NCBI GenBank assembly: GCA_002269645.1
Contig: NIVC01000396.1
Coordinates: 496,001-560,000, forward strand
Source of the DNA: Macrostomum lignano
Lineage: Eukaryota
Reading direction: 5' to 3'
Length of the DNA stretch: 64,000 bases
Under the pieces are notes generated by a model that worked only from the letters and a program-made list of their open reading frames with translations, was not told the DNA's origin and made no database searches. Each line of letters starts with the position of its first letter. Position 1 is the stretch's first letter. Positions 1 to 12,300 of the stretch are shown here, piece by piece. Both the position numbers and the translations under genes were made by a program.

Positions 1-96
1 GATCCAGTCTCATCTAGACTGATCCAGTCTCATCTAGACTGATCCAATCGCTCAATCAAATCTCATTCATTTGCATCTAATCTCGCCCTTCCCCAG

Positions 97-394
97 CCCC
101 CGTCCTGTCTATGAGGAGATTCAAAGCCATTCAGCGGGCGGTCACGCAGCAGCCGTTCAGTCTGCACTGCAAGGTGCTGGGCGGCCTGAACTCGAAAGCG
201 AAGGCCCTGCAACGGGTGCGGCTTGCCTATCCCGGCCTGCGGATTCCGACCTACAGCCTGCACTGGCAGCTGCGGCGGCAGCGGCGGCCCTCAGAGCGGC
301 TGGTGCTGCCCATCGACCACCGGATGCAGACGGACGACCCCGACTGGCCTGACCGCCTGCACATTACCTCCATGGAACCGAATGACGCTGGAAA
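97..394 (+). CDS. Dscam: Dscam-like exon (Ig domain, putative Ig6)
   Basis: ccccag acceptor; PPVLSMRR..PFSLHCKVLGG..W..LHITSMEPNDAG; donor aa|gtgaga. Confidence 0.8.
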
Positions 395-3300
395 GTGAGA
401 ATAAGCGCACTAATCAGAGTTCTTGTTGGAATTATAATAATTTAAAACTTCAGCGTTAGATTGTAAACTCACCGTGAGTATCACTCCCAGAATGTGAACC
501 CACCCTGAGTATCACTCCCAGAATGTGAACCCACCCTGAGTATCACTCCCAGAATGTGAACCCACCCTGAGTATCACTCCCGGAATGAGAACCCACCCTG
601 AGTATCACTCCCGGAATGTGAACCCACCCTGAGTATCACTCCCAGAATGTGAACCCACCCTGAGTATCACTCCCAGAATGTGAACCCACCCTGAGTATCA
701 CTCCTAGAATGTGAACCCACCCTGAGTATCACTCCCAGAATGTGAACCCACCCTGAGTATCACTCCCAGAATGTGAACCCACCCTGAGTATCACTCCCAG
801 AATGTGAACCCACCCTGAGTATCAGTCCCAGAACGTGAACCCACCCTGAGTATCACTCCCAGAATGTGAACTCACCCTGAGTATCAGTCCCGGAATGTGA
901 ACTCACCCTGAGTATCACTCCCAGAATGTGGACCCACCCTGAGTATCACTCCCAGAATGTGAACCCAATGTCAGCACGGAGCGGCCGCCCGCCCCGCAGT
1001 TACACCTGCAGAGCCAGGCTGGCAGGCGACAGCGGCGCGGGCCACCCGGGCTCGGCAGCGCAGCCGACGGCCTCAACCGCAGTGTCGGTGGTGTACGGCA
1101 TCAGCATCTCCCGGCTGCAGGACCAACTCAACCTGGACTCCAGTCTGGCCATTGCGGACACCTGCAAGCCAATCAATTCGCCTACGGGACTGTGGATCAC
1201 CTGGTGGACATTCCGGCCAAAGGGGGCCTCAGAAGACATTCAGCTGCCAAATGAGGCAGTCTCGGTGAGTGGCTGAGAAGGATGAAGGATGAGCTGGTGT
1301 GCCTGGTAGTGGTAGGTTAGAGTAGGGCGCCTGGTGGGTTAGAGTCAGGCGCCTAGTAGGTTAGAATCAGTCGCCTGGTAGGATAGAGTCGGGTGCCTGG
1401 TAGATTAAAGTCGAGCGCCTAGTTGGTTAGAGTCGGGCGCCTGGTGGGTTAGAGTCAGGCGCCTAGTAGGTTAGAATCAGTCGCCTGGTAGGATAGAGTC
1501 GGGTGCCTGGTAGATTAAAGTCGAGCGCCTAGTTGGTTAGAGTCGGGCGCCTGGTGGGTTAGAGTCAGGCGCCTAGTAGGTTAGAATCAGTCGCCTGGTA
1601 GGATAGAGTCGGGTGCCTGGTAGATTAAAGTCGAGCGCCTAGTTGGTTAGAGTCGGGCGCCTGGCAGTTAAAGTCGAGCGCCTGGTAGGTTAGAGTCGGC
1701 GCCTGTAGGTTAGAGCCGAGCGCCTGGTAGGTTAGAGTCGGGCGCATGGTAGGTTAGAGTCGTGTGCCTGGTAGGTTAGAGTCGTGCGCCTGGTAGGTTA
1801 GAGTCGTGCGCCTGGTAGGTTAGAGTCGTGCGCCTGGTAGGTTAGAGTCGTGCGCCTGGTAGGTTAGAGTCGTGCGCCTGGTAGGTTAGAGTTGGGAGCG
1901 CCTGGTAGGTTAGAGTCTGGCACCTGGTAGGTTAGAGTCGTGCGCCTGGTAGGTTAGAGTCGTGCGCCTGGAAGGTTAGAGTCGGGAGCGCCTGGTAGGT
2001 TAGAGTTGTGCGCCTGGTAGGTTAGAGTCGGGCGCATGGTAGGTTAGAGTCGGCGCCTGTAGGTTAAAGTCAAGCGCCTTGTAGGTTAGAGTCTGGCACC
2101 TGGTAGGTTAGAGTCGGGCACCTGGTAGGTTAGAGTCGGGCGCATGGTAGGTTAGAGTCGGGCGCCTGGTAGGTTAGAGCCGAGCGCCTGGTAGATTAGA
2201 GTCGGGCGCCTGGTAGGTTAGAGCCGAGCGCCTGGTAGGTTAGAGCCGAGCGCCTGGTAGGTTAGAGTCGAGCGCCTGGTAGGTTAGAGCCGAGCGCCTG
2301 GTAGGTTAGAGTCGGGCGCCTGGTAGGTTAGAGCCGAGCGCCTGGTAGGTTAGAGCCGAGCGCCTGGTAGGTTAGAGCCGAGCGCCTGGTAGGTTAGAAC
2401 CGAGCGCCTGGTAGTCTGAGCAAGATGGTCAGAGTTCGCAAACCCTTGCAGTACCCGGGCGCCAGTCACAGCTACGGCTCGTTTTACAATTCGCCTTACA
2501 ACTCGGAATGGCACGAGTGCCGTCTGAGGCTGGAAGATGAAGCAGGACGGAGCTTCGGAACTCGGATGCCGCACTTCAACTTCAGTGCAAGCCTGCAGTT
2601 GAACTTGCTGAGCAAGCCGGAGGAAGAGCGGGCGAGCTATGAGGGGCAGTACACCTGCCACATTGCCAGCTGCTTCGACCGGAAGTCCGCTGTGAAGCGG
2701 GTGACGCTTAAGCGTGAGTGTCTCTGGTGTTCTGCGGGTGTCTCTGGTGTTCTGTGGGTGTCTCTGGTGTTCTGCGGGTGTCTCTGGTGTTCTGCGGGTG
2801 TCTCTGGTGTTCTGTGGGTGTCTCTGGTGTTCTTCGAGTGTCTCTGGTGTTCTGTGGGTGTCTCTGGTGTTCTACGGGTGTCTCTGGTGTTCTCTGGTGT
2901 TCTGCGAGTGTCTCTGGTGTTCTGTGGGTGTCTCTGGTGTTCTGCGGGTGTCTCTGGTGTTCTCTGGTGTTCTGCGAGTGTCTCTGGTGTTCTGCGGGTG
3001 TCTCTGGTGTTCTGCGGGTGTCTCTGGTGTTCTGTGAGTGTCTCTGGTGTTCTGTGGGTGTCTCTGGTGTTCTGTGGGTGTGTCTGGTGTTCTGCGAGTG
3101 TCTCTGGTGTTCTCTGGTGTTCTGCGAGTGTCTCTGGTGTTCTGTGGGTGTCTCTGGTGTTCTGCGGGTGTCTCTGGTGTTCTGTTGGTGTCTCTGGTGT
3201 TCTGTGGATGTGTCTGGTGTTCTGCGAGTGTCTATGGTGTTCTGCGGGTGTCTCTAGTGTTCTGCGGGTGTCTCTGGTGTTCTGCGGGTGTCTCTGGTGT

Positions 3301-6300
3301 TTTGCGGGTGTCTCTGGTGTTCTGCGGGTGTCTCTGGTGTTCTGTGAGTGTCTATGGTGTTCTGCGGGTGTCTCTGGTGTTTTGCGGGTGTCTCTGGTGT
3401 TCTGCGGGTGTCTCTGGTGTTCTGCGGGTGTCTCTGGTGTTCTGCGGGTGTCTCTGGTGTTCTGCGGGTGTCTCTGGTGTTCTGCGGGTGTCTCTGGTGT
3501 TCTGCGGGTGTCTCTGGTGTTCTGCGGGTGTCTCTGGTGTTCTGCGGGTGTCTCTGGTGTTCTGCGGGTGTCTCTGGTGTTCTGCGGGTGTCTCTGGTGT
3601 TCCGCGGGTGTCTCTGGTGTTCTGCGGGTGTCTCTGGTGTTTTGCGGGTGTCTCTGGTGTTCTGCGGGTGTCTCTGGTGTTCTGTGAGTGTCTCTGGTGT
3701 TCTGCGGGTGTCTCTGGTGTTCTGCGGGTGTCTCTGGTGTTTTGCGGGTGTCTCTGGTGTTCTGCGGGTGTCTCTGGTGTTCTGCGGGTGTCTCTGGTGT
3801 TTTGCGGGTGTCTCTGGTGTTCTGCGGGTGTCTCTGGTGTTCTGCGGGTGTCTCTGGTGTTCTGCGGGCGTCACATGTGGTTTTATGACGGTTCAAACCT
3901 ATGTTATTATATTACCCGTTACGATGTTCATACTTATGCCACAAACAAGTTACGAACATGTAAATTCTGTTCCTGCTAAACTTTGTGATTTGACTGGGTT
4001 GGGCGCGCGAGGCTGGCCCTGATCTGCATGCATAGCATTGATGACCAGCCCAGCTCCAAAGTGCAGCTGCACCAATGCATTTGCCAGTCGATAGCAAGTG
4101 TTATAATTAATTAGTTTATAGTCAAATTAGGCCTTTTATCCGGCCGACTTTCCCTGAGCCACCCCCCGCTCTGATGCAGCCAGTGCTATTATCGCACAGG
4201 CCATTCTGCACCGCTGCCGCACCCCCCCCCCAACCGCGCGCAGGAGTCTACAGATTCCTGCCGGACAAGCCGCCAAACAGCCAGGAGGTCGTGCTCGGCA
4301 GCCCGCTCACCGTCCAGTGCGCCGTGGACAGTCAGGGAGGCGACGAATCGCCGCCGCCTCGGCTCAGATGGTACGAAGGCAACCGCCCGCATGCTGGTGA
4401 GTCTGACAGGTTGAGCCCTGCTGTGTGTCTGAGTTACCTCTCCCTCTCTCCCTGCCTCTACCCCCTCTACCTCACTCTCTCCTCCATCTCCCTTTCACTC
4501 TCTTCCTCTCATTTTCCCTCCCACTTGTTCTCTCCGAATCTCCATTCCTTATTCTAACCTTCACTCTCTCCTCTTCCCTTCTTCAACTTCCCTTCGTTCC
4601 CATCCCCAACTCATTAGTTCTCCTCATCCCTAAATCACTAGTTCTCCCCATCCCCAACTCACTTGTTCTCCCCATCCCTAACTCACTAGTTCTCCCCATC
4701 CCCAACTCACTAGTTCTCCCCATCCCCAACTCACTAGTTCTCCCCATCCCTAACTCACTAGTTCTCCCCATCCCCAACTCACTAGTACTCCCCATCCCCA
4801 ACTCACTAGTTCTCCCCATCCCTAACTCACTAGTTCTCCCCATCCCCAACTCACTAGTTCTCCCCATCCCCAACTCACTAGTTCTCCCCATCCCTAACTC
4901 ACTAGTTCTCCCCATCCCCAACTCACTAGTTCTCCCCATCCCCAACTCACTAGTTCTCCCCCCTCCTCGCAGGATTCGAGATCCCGACTTATCAGCCCGG
5001 CCCGCCGCAGCGCGTCGCCCAGTTCCCGAACGGCACCCTGCGCATCGCCGAGGTGCAGCTCGCCGACAAGAACTTCCTGTGCTCGGTGGAGGGCGGCCGG
5101 TCCGCCACGCTGAATTTGAACATCCACCGGCCTGCCGAGGTGCAGCCGTTCGCCGAGCCCCGCATGGAGCTGCCGGCGGGCAGCAACAGCTCAATCAGCT
5201 GCATTGTCAAGGGCGATCGGCCGTTTAACATAGAGTGGTTCGGCCAGTACCAGGCAGTCGAGGACGTCCGGACGAGCCTGACGGGGCCCTACGGCAGGAC
5301 CGTCTCCTGGCATAGCGGAGGCACCACGTCGCAGATTCTGGTGTCCGGCACCGGCGGGGACACCCTGCAGCTGATCGGCGTCAACCAGGGCCTTCGCGGC
5401 GAGTACACCTGCCGGGCCAGCAACCAGTACAGCCGGCCCGGCGACCCGCCCAGCGAGCAGCACTTCGACGTCGTGGTAGTTGAGCCGCCCAGCAAAGTGA
5501 AGTCGCTGCAGATCACCGACCGCGGCCACGAGTCGCTCACGCTGCAATGGGAGGCGCCCGACAGCAACGGGCAGAAGCCGGTCATCCGGTACAGAGTCGA
5601 GTACAGCGACAGGGGCGCCAACGGCAACTTGGTGTCGCTCAACGTCAGCGCCCAGGACCGGAAGCGGCGCGTCACGGGCCTGCAGCCTGGCTTCAGCTAC
5701 GAGTTCGCCGTCTCGGCTGTCAACAAGGTCGGCGCTGGGCCGCCGGCCCGCTGCACAGGCAGCACTAGGGAGCAGGCGCCGTCCGGGCCGGTCCGCGAGC
5801 TCCGCGTCCGCGCGATCGGCTCAGCCGGGCTTGAGCTGGTGTGGAACGAGCCGGACCTGATGCTGAGGAACGGCTTCATCACAAACTACACGGTGCAGTT
5901 CCGGGAGCTGGCGGCTGGCGCCAACTGTCCTGAGGATGCCGCCGCCTCCGCCGCCGGGTTTGTCACGGCGCTCCGCTGTCGGAGCCAGCGGGCCGTCATT
6001 GGCGTCGGCGACTCGATGGCGCAGTGCCGCAACGGCAGCCTGGCTCTGAGGGCCTTCACCGACTATGAGGTGCGGGTGACGCCCGCCAATGCCGTGGGGC
6101 CCGGGCCGCCCGCCTGCGCCGTGGCGCGGACCCTTGAGGCCAGTAAGTGCCGCCTCTCCTGTAACTAAGCGGGGAATTCCCGTCTGCTCAAAGTGAGAAA
6201 TTCCCCAGTAGAATGCATGAGGGGGCTTCTGGGACAAATTTTTTCACATCCTCCATAATTCCATTAAATCCATCTATATTATCCCCGACAGAATCAGAAA

Positions 6301-9300
6301 AAAAGGGGGGTCGAACTTGCTCCGAAAACTTCAAACATAATCCCATTAAATCCATCCTACTCGTGAGAAATCACAAGGCAATAATGACTTTCAAGGCAAT
6401 AATTGCCTAATGACTTCCCCTATCTTCAAGTGAGATGGCGAGAAATTCCCCTATCTTCAAGTGAGATAGCGAGAAATTCCCCTATCTTCAATTGAGATAG
6501 CGAGAAATTCCCCTATCTTCAAGTGAGATGGCGAGAAATTCCCCTATCTTCAAGTGAGATAGCGAGAAATTCCCCTATCTTCAATTGAGATAGCGAGAAA
6601 TTCCCCTATCTTCAAGTGAGATAGCGAGAAATTCCCCTATCTTCAAGTGAGATAGTGAAAAATTCCACTATTTTCAAGTGAGATAGCGAGAAATTCCCCT
6701 ATCTTCAAGTGAGATAGCGAGAAATTCCCCTATTTTCAAGTGAGATAGCGAGAAATTCCCCTATTTTCAAGTGAGATAGTGAGCTCAGAAATTCCATCCA
6801 TAAACTTCCATAAACTTTTTCTTTATAAGGAAACAAACCTCATCGCCGTTTAAGTTAAACAACAATAGTCGTTAAGCCTATTGCTAGTACGACTGATATA
6901 AATGGTTAATTTATTACAATTTGAAAAATTGCAGCTCCGCGATCTCCGCCGACAAATCTTCGTTGCGAGGCAAAGAACCAGACTGAGATCTTCGTCAGCT
7001 GGGGCTGGCCCCCGCACGAAAGCGTCAATGGGGCATCCAGCAGTACCACGTGCAGTACATGCCGGCCCAGAGCTTCAGGAACGAAGGTGAGCGAGGGAGC
7101 CGGTCAGTGGGATCAGCGTTGTGCTGCCTGGCTAGAAATAGGCGATTCTTAAGGTCGCGCATAGGGATTCTCTGCTTAAAAATGGAGGAATTCCCAAGGT
7201 CGCGCATAGGGTTCTCTAGTTAAAAATACGGGGATTCCCAGGGTCGCGCATAGGGAATCTCTAGTTAAAAATACGGGGATTCCCAAGGTCGCGCGCAGGG
7301 ATTCTCTAGTTAAAAATAAGGGGGGATTCCCAAGGTCGCGCGCAGGGATTCTCTAGTTAAAAATAAGGGGATTCCCAAGGTCGCGCGCAGGGATTCTCTA
7401 GTTAAAAATAAGGGGATTCCCAAGGTCGCGCGCAGGGATTCGCTAGTTAATTATGGGGAGATTCCCAAGGTCGCGCATGGTTTCGTATTAACCTTGTTAT
7501 AATATCTATTAATTTCAATTTTAATTTGCCACTTAAATGAGCAGGATTTTTTGACGAAATAAAATGTCTATTAATAAAATGAACCCAAGAATGATAAAGT
7601 TTTCTTTACCGCGACTTTTCAAATTCAAATTTAAAAACCTTTTATTGGGTCAATCAATCGAACACAGAGGCTTCCTGAAACAGATTTTTAAATAATGGGG
7701 GATGAGACATTGGAGGTACTTAAACAGTGACGTGAGTCGAGTCACGCGGAGTCAATTCAGACGCGGTGAACAAGACAGCGAGAGCTGAGGGCAGAGAGTG
7801 CAGACGCAGCTGTCACCTAGCCTTCAGTTTTATCAAAGAGATTGGCAATATTTGTGTTAGTAAATTTGATTACTTGGCTATTTGCACTACTGACAGTAGC
7901 CAAGTAGTGAGAATAGTAAGAAATTATTAAAAAGCAACGCAAAAGGATATCCGGCCGCAACACGCAGACGAATCGCAAGCCAAGGAGGAGGACACAGACG
8001 GCAGGACTCGCCACCTGACCATCAGAGGCCTGCTGCCGCACACCGAGTACGCCATCACCGTGTTCGTCTCGAACAGCCGCGGCAGGTCGCCGCGTATTTT
8101 GCCGCCAAAATTTTGTACAACTCTACCGGCGCCACCGGAGCCGCCGAAGGAACTGCGCGCTCTCGGCGCCGGCGCCAGTAGCGCCGTGATTGCGTGGAGC
8201 CAGACGGAGCGCCCGAACGGCCGCCTGCTGGCCTACGAGGTCAGCGTGCAGCCGCTGAACCGGTCGGCCCCGCCTGCGGACAGGCCGCTGCTGATCAGGC
8301 GGAATGTCACCAACTGGCCCGGCCGGCACTATGAGCGCCTGACTGTCCGAGACCTGCGGCCCGGTGGCATCTATGAAGTCCGGGTGCGCGGCCTCTCCCA
8401 GGGCGGTGAAGTCGGGGACTTCAGCGAGCCAGCGACATTGGCCGTGACTGAGAAGCGTGAGTTTTAGCAGTTTCATAATTACATGAATTTCATATTTACA
8501 TGAATTTCATAATTACATGAATTTCATAATTACATGAATTTCATAAGTACATGAATTTCATAATTACATGAATTTCATAATTACATGAATTTCATAATCA
8601 TAATTACATGAATTTCATAATTACATGAATTTCATAATTACATGAATTTCATAATTACATGAATTTTATAATTACATGAATTTCATAATTACATGAATTT
8701 TATAATTACATGAATTTTATAATTACACGAATTTCATAATTACACGAATTTCATAATTACATGAATTTCATAATTACATGAATTTCATATTTACACGAAT
8801 TTCATAATTACATGAATTTCATAATTACATGAATTTCATAATTACATGAATTTCATAATTATATGAATTTAATAATTAAATGAATTTTTATAATTACATC
8901 AATTTTATAATTATATGAATTTCACAATTACATGAATTTTATAATTACATGAATTTCATAATTACATAGGTTTCATAATTACACGAATTTTATAATTACA
9001 TGCATTTAATAATTACATGAATTCCATAATTCCATGAATCAACGCCCCAACTGCCCGGCCGACCCCCCGCAGCGCCGCCCCGCATCGTCTCCTTCGCCAA
9101 GACCTTCCGGGTCGATCGCGGCTCCGACGTTCTTCTCGACTGCGAAACTGTCGGCGGCGCGGGGTCGCAGCAGCCGATTTGGGATTTTCCCCAAGTCGAG
9201 TAAGGCTTGAAGAGTTTTTGCTTTACTTTCTACTTACAGTAGAGTGCTCGCTTGGTGCGTCCAAATAAAATTCCAAATAATAAATATTTATTGCTCTGAT

Positions 9301-12300
9301 CCATCATTGCCTTGAGCAGCTCGTCGCACGAGAGGCTGGCCAACGGCTCCCTGCTGATCAAGGATGTGCAGCGCGACGGAGAGTTCAAGTGCAAGACTGG
9401 CCAGGACTCCGATGCTGACTTCATTGTGTACAGTGTGAAGGCATTCAGTAAGTCAGTCAGTTGGAGTAACAGCTAATGTCTTCTAACCTGCCTAAGGCTG
9501 CCGCATTTCAACTCAACCCGCCCTGCCGCCCCAACCAATGCTTTGCAGATCGCGATGTAAAACGTGAGTTGCCTGCCGGTGAAAGGTTTCAGCGCTTTGG
9601 TCAACTGCTGCTGGCAGGGACCCTGGCTTGAACTGTTGCATTTTAATTACATTTGTATGATGGGGGATTGCTTGACAAATTCCACCCAGATCACACTCAG
9701 ATTCCACCCAGATCCCACCCAGATCCCACCCAAATCCCACTCAAATCCCACCCAGATCCCACCCAGACCCCACCCAGACCCCACCCAGATCCCACCCAAA
9801 TCCCACCCAGATCCCACGCAGATCCCACCCAAATCCCACGCAGATCCCACCCAAATCCCACCCAGATCCCACCCAGACCCCACCCAGACCCCACGCAGAT
9901 CCCACCCAAATCCCACTCAGATCCCACCCAGATCCCACCCAGATCCCACCCAAATCCCACTCAAATCCCACCCAGATCCCACCCAGACCCCACCCAGACC
10001 CCACCCAGATCCCACCCAAATCCCACCCAGATCCCACCCAGACCCCACCCAGACCCCACGCAGATCCCACCCAAATCCCACCCAGATCCCACCCAGATCC
10101 CACCCAGACCCCACCCAAATCCCACCGAAATCCCACCCAGATCCCACCCAGATCCCACCCAGACCCCACCCAGATCCCACCCAGACCCCACCCAAATCCC
10201 ACCGAAATCTCACCCAGATCCCACCCAGATCCCACCCAGATCCCACGCAGATCCCACCCAGATTTTAACCTCTTGTTTGTCCTTTGGTTTTGTTCTTGAC
10301 AACTCTCTTTCGGTGTTCTCTTTTTCTAACAAAGTATGCCTTCTCACGGAAGGGAGGGGTCTTCTCATGTTACGCATTCGCAGTGTTTTGAGTAGGGACG
10401 CAGCCACTGATAAAGTTTAGCTCAAAAGCGCTAAACTAACCAGTTGCTAGGGAGATCCGCTTTGCCCTTGCAGGGGTGGCGGAGAGGGGGTTTTTAATGC
10501 ATCAGTTGAGTTAGACGCGGCCCTGCCGTTCTCTAGGCCTCTGCCCGCCACAGTTTCAGTCCCTTCCCTGTCAACGGTGCGCTCTACACCTCTGGCTTTT
10601 CCAGCTCCATCCAGGTTATCTCCCTCGTCGATCTCCTCTCGTTGTCAAAGAGCGAGGGGGGGGGGGTTCCGCGGCCGTTGTTGATCGGCGGTTTGTCCGC
10701 CGGCCGTGCCCTCCAAACCGGTTCTGGCTGGCTGAAATAATGGAGTGGCTCAGGGCGTGTCTCATTACTCATGCCAGCGCCCGTTTTGCTCTTCACTTTA
10801 CTTGCTATTTTTAGTGATCCCACCCAGATCCCACTCAGATCTCACCCAGATCCCACTCAGATCGAATCCAGATCCCACCCAGATCTCACCCAGATCCCAC
10901 CCAGATCCCACCCAGATCCCACTCAGATCTCACCCAGATCCCACTCAGATCGAATCCAGATCCCACCCAGATCTCACCCAGATCCCACCCAGATCCCACT
11001 CAGATCCCACTCAGATCTCACCCAGATCCCACTCAGATCCAATCCAGAGCCCACTCAGATCCAATCCAGATCCCACTCAGATCGAATCCAGATCCCACCC
11101 AGATCTCACCCAAATCCCTCCCAGATCCCACCCAGATCCCACCCAAATCCCACCCAGATTCCACCCAGATCCCACGCAGATCCCACCCAGATCCCACCCA
11201 AATCCCACCCAGATTCCACCCAGATCCCACGCAGATCCCATCCAAATCCCACCCAAATCCCACCCAGATCCGCCCAGATCCCACGCAGATCCCACCCAAA
11301 TCCCACCCAAATCCCACCCAGATCCCACTCAGATCCCACTCAGATCCCACCCAGATGGCACTCAGATCCCACACAGATTCTACCCAGATCCCACCCAAGT
11401 GCCATCCGAATCCCACACCAAACCGACGCCTCCTCCCGCAGCGATCCCGCCGGCTCCGAGGCTGCTGCCGGGCCGGCGCACCTCCTCAAGCCTGGAGCTG
11501 CTGTGGCGCACAGGCGGCGGCCGGCCAGCCGGGGCACCGCCTGAGGCGGCCATCAGGCAGTTCGACCTGCGGTTCAGCCGCGGCGCCGGGCCGCAGGAGC
11601 AGCGCCAGCTGTCTGGCGGCAACCGGTCCTACCTGCTCGACCGAGTCGACTGCGGCGCCTCAGTCGAGTTCAAACTGCGCGCCGTCAACGGCTTCGATTT
11701 GAAGAGCGACTTCGCCGCGCCGCTGCGAATCAGCGCCCTCGGCTCGGCGCCAGTCGCCGCGTCGGACGCCAGCCGGTGGCTGCTGGCGCATCAGCGGCGG
11801 CACAGCGTTGAGCTGAACTTCTCAGCCCTGCTGCCCGGCGATGACTGCCCGCCGGACAGGTACTTCGTCAGCCTACGGCCTGCCTCAGGCTCCGAGGGTC
11901 GCGGCTTCGTCGGCCAGGTGTCGCGCGCCGACCTGTCGGGGCCGAGCGGCTGCTGCTACAACCTGACGGAGGCGCTGCAGCCCGGCCAGGCCTACCAGCT
12001 GACCGTCACGGCTGCCAACGCAGCCGGCAACTCCACACCGGTGACCCGGCGCTTCACTGCCAGCGACTTCGGCGGCGGCGGCAGCGGCGATGGCGGCTCC
12101 GGGCAGGACTTCGGCAAAGACAACACCGAGCTGCCGACCAGAACCAGCGGAGACGGCGACTGGTCGATGATGTTCATCGTGGTGGTCATCGTGGCCGTGG
12201 TGGTGCTGGTCATCGTTGTTCTGTCCATCATCGGCTGCAGCGTCCTCGGCGTCAGCTGCTTCGCCTGCCTTTGCTGCGGAGAGGCCGCCGACTCCTCGGA

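Noticed and set aside
2637-4022. Long ORFs such as (TPETPAEHQRHPQNTRDTRR)n and (SLVFCGCLWCSAGVSGVLRV)n
   Set aside because: They are translations of the intronic 20-bp array, open in several frames on both strands, and lie between phase-matched Dscam exons
9564-11440. Pro/His-rich (PTQIPPRSHPD)n N-terminal extension of ORF 10745-13051
   Set aside because: It is the intronic 11-bp array; the real exon starts at the acceptor at 11441/11442
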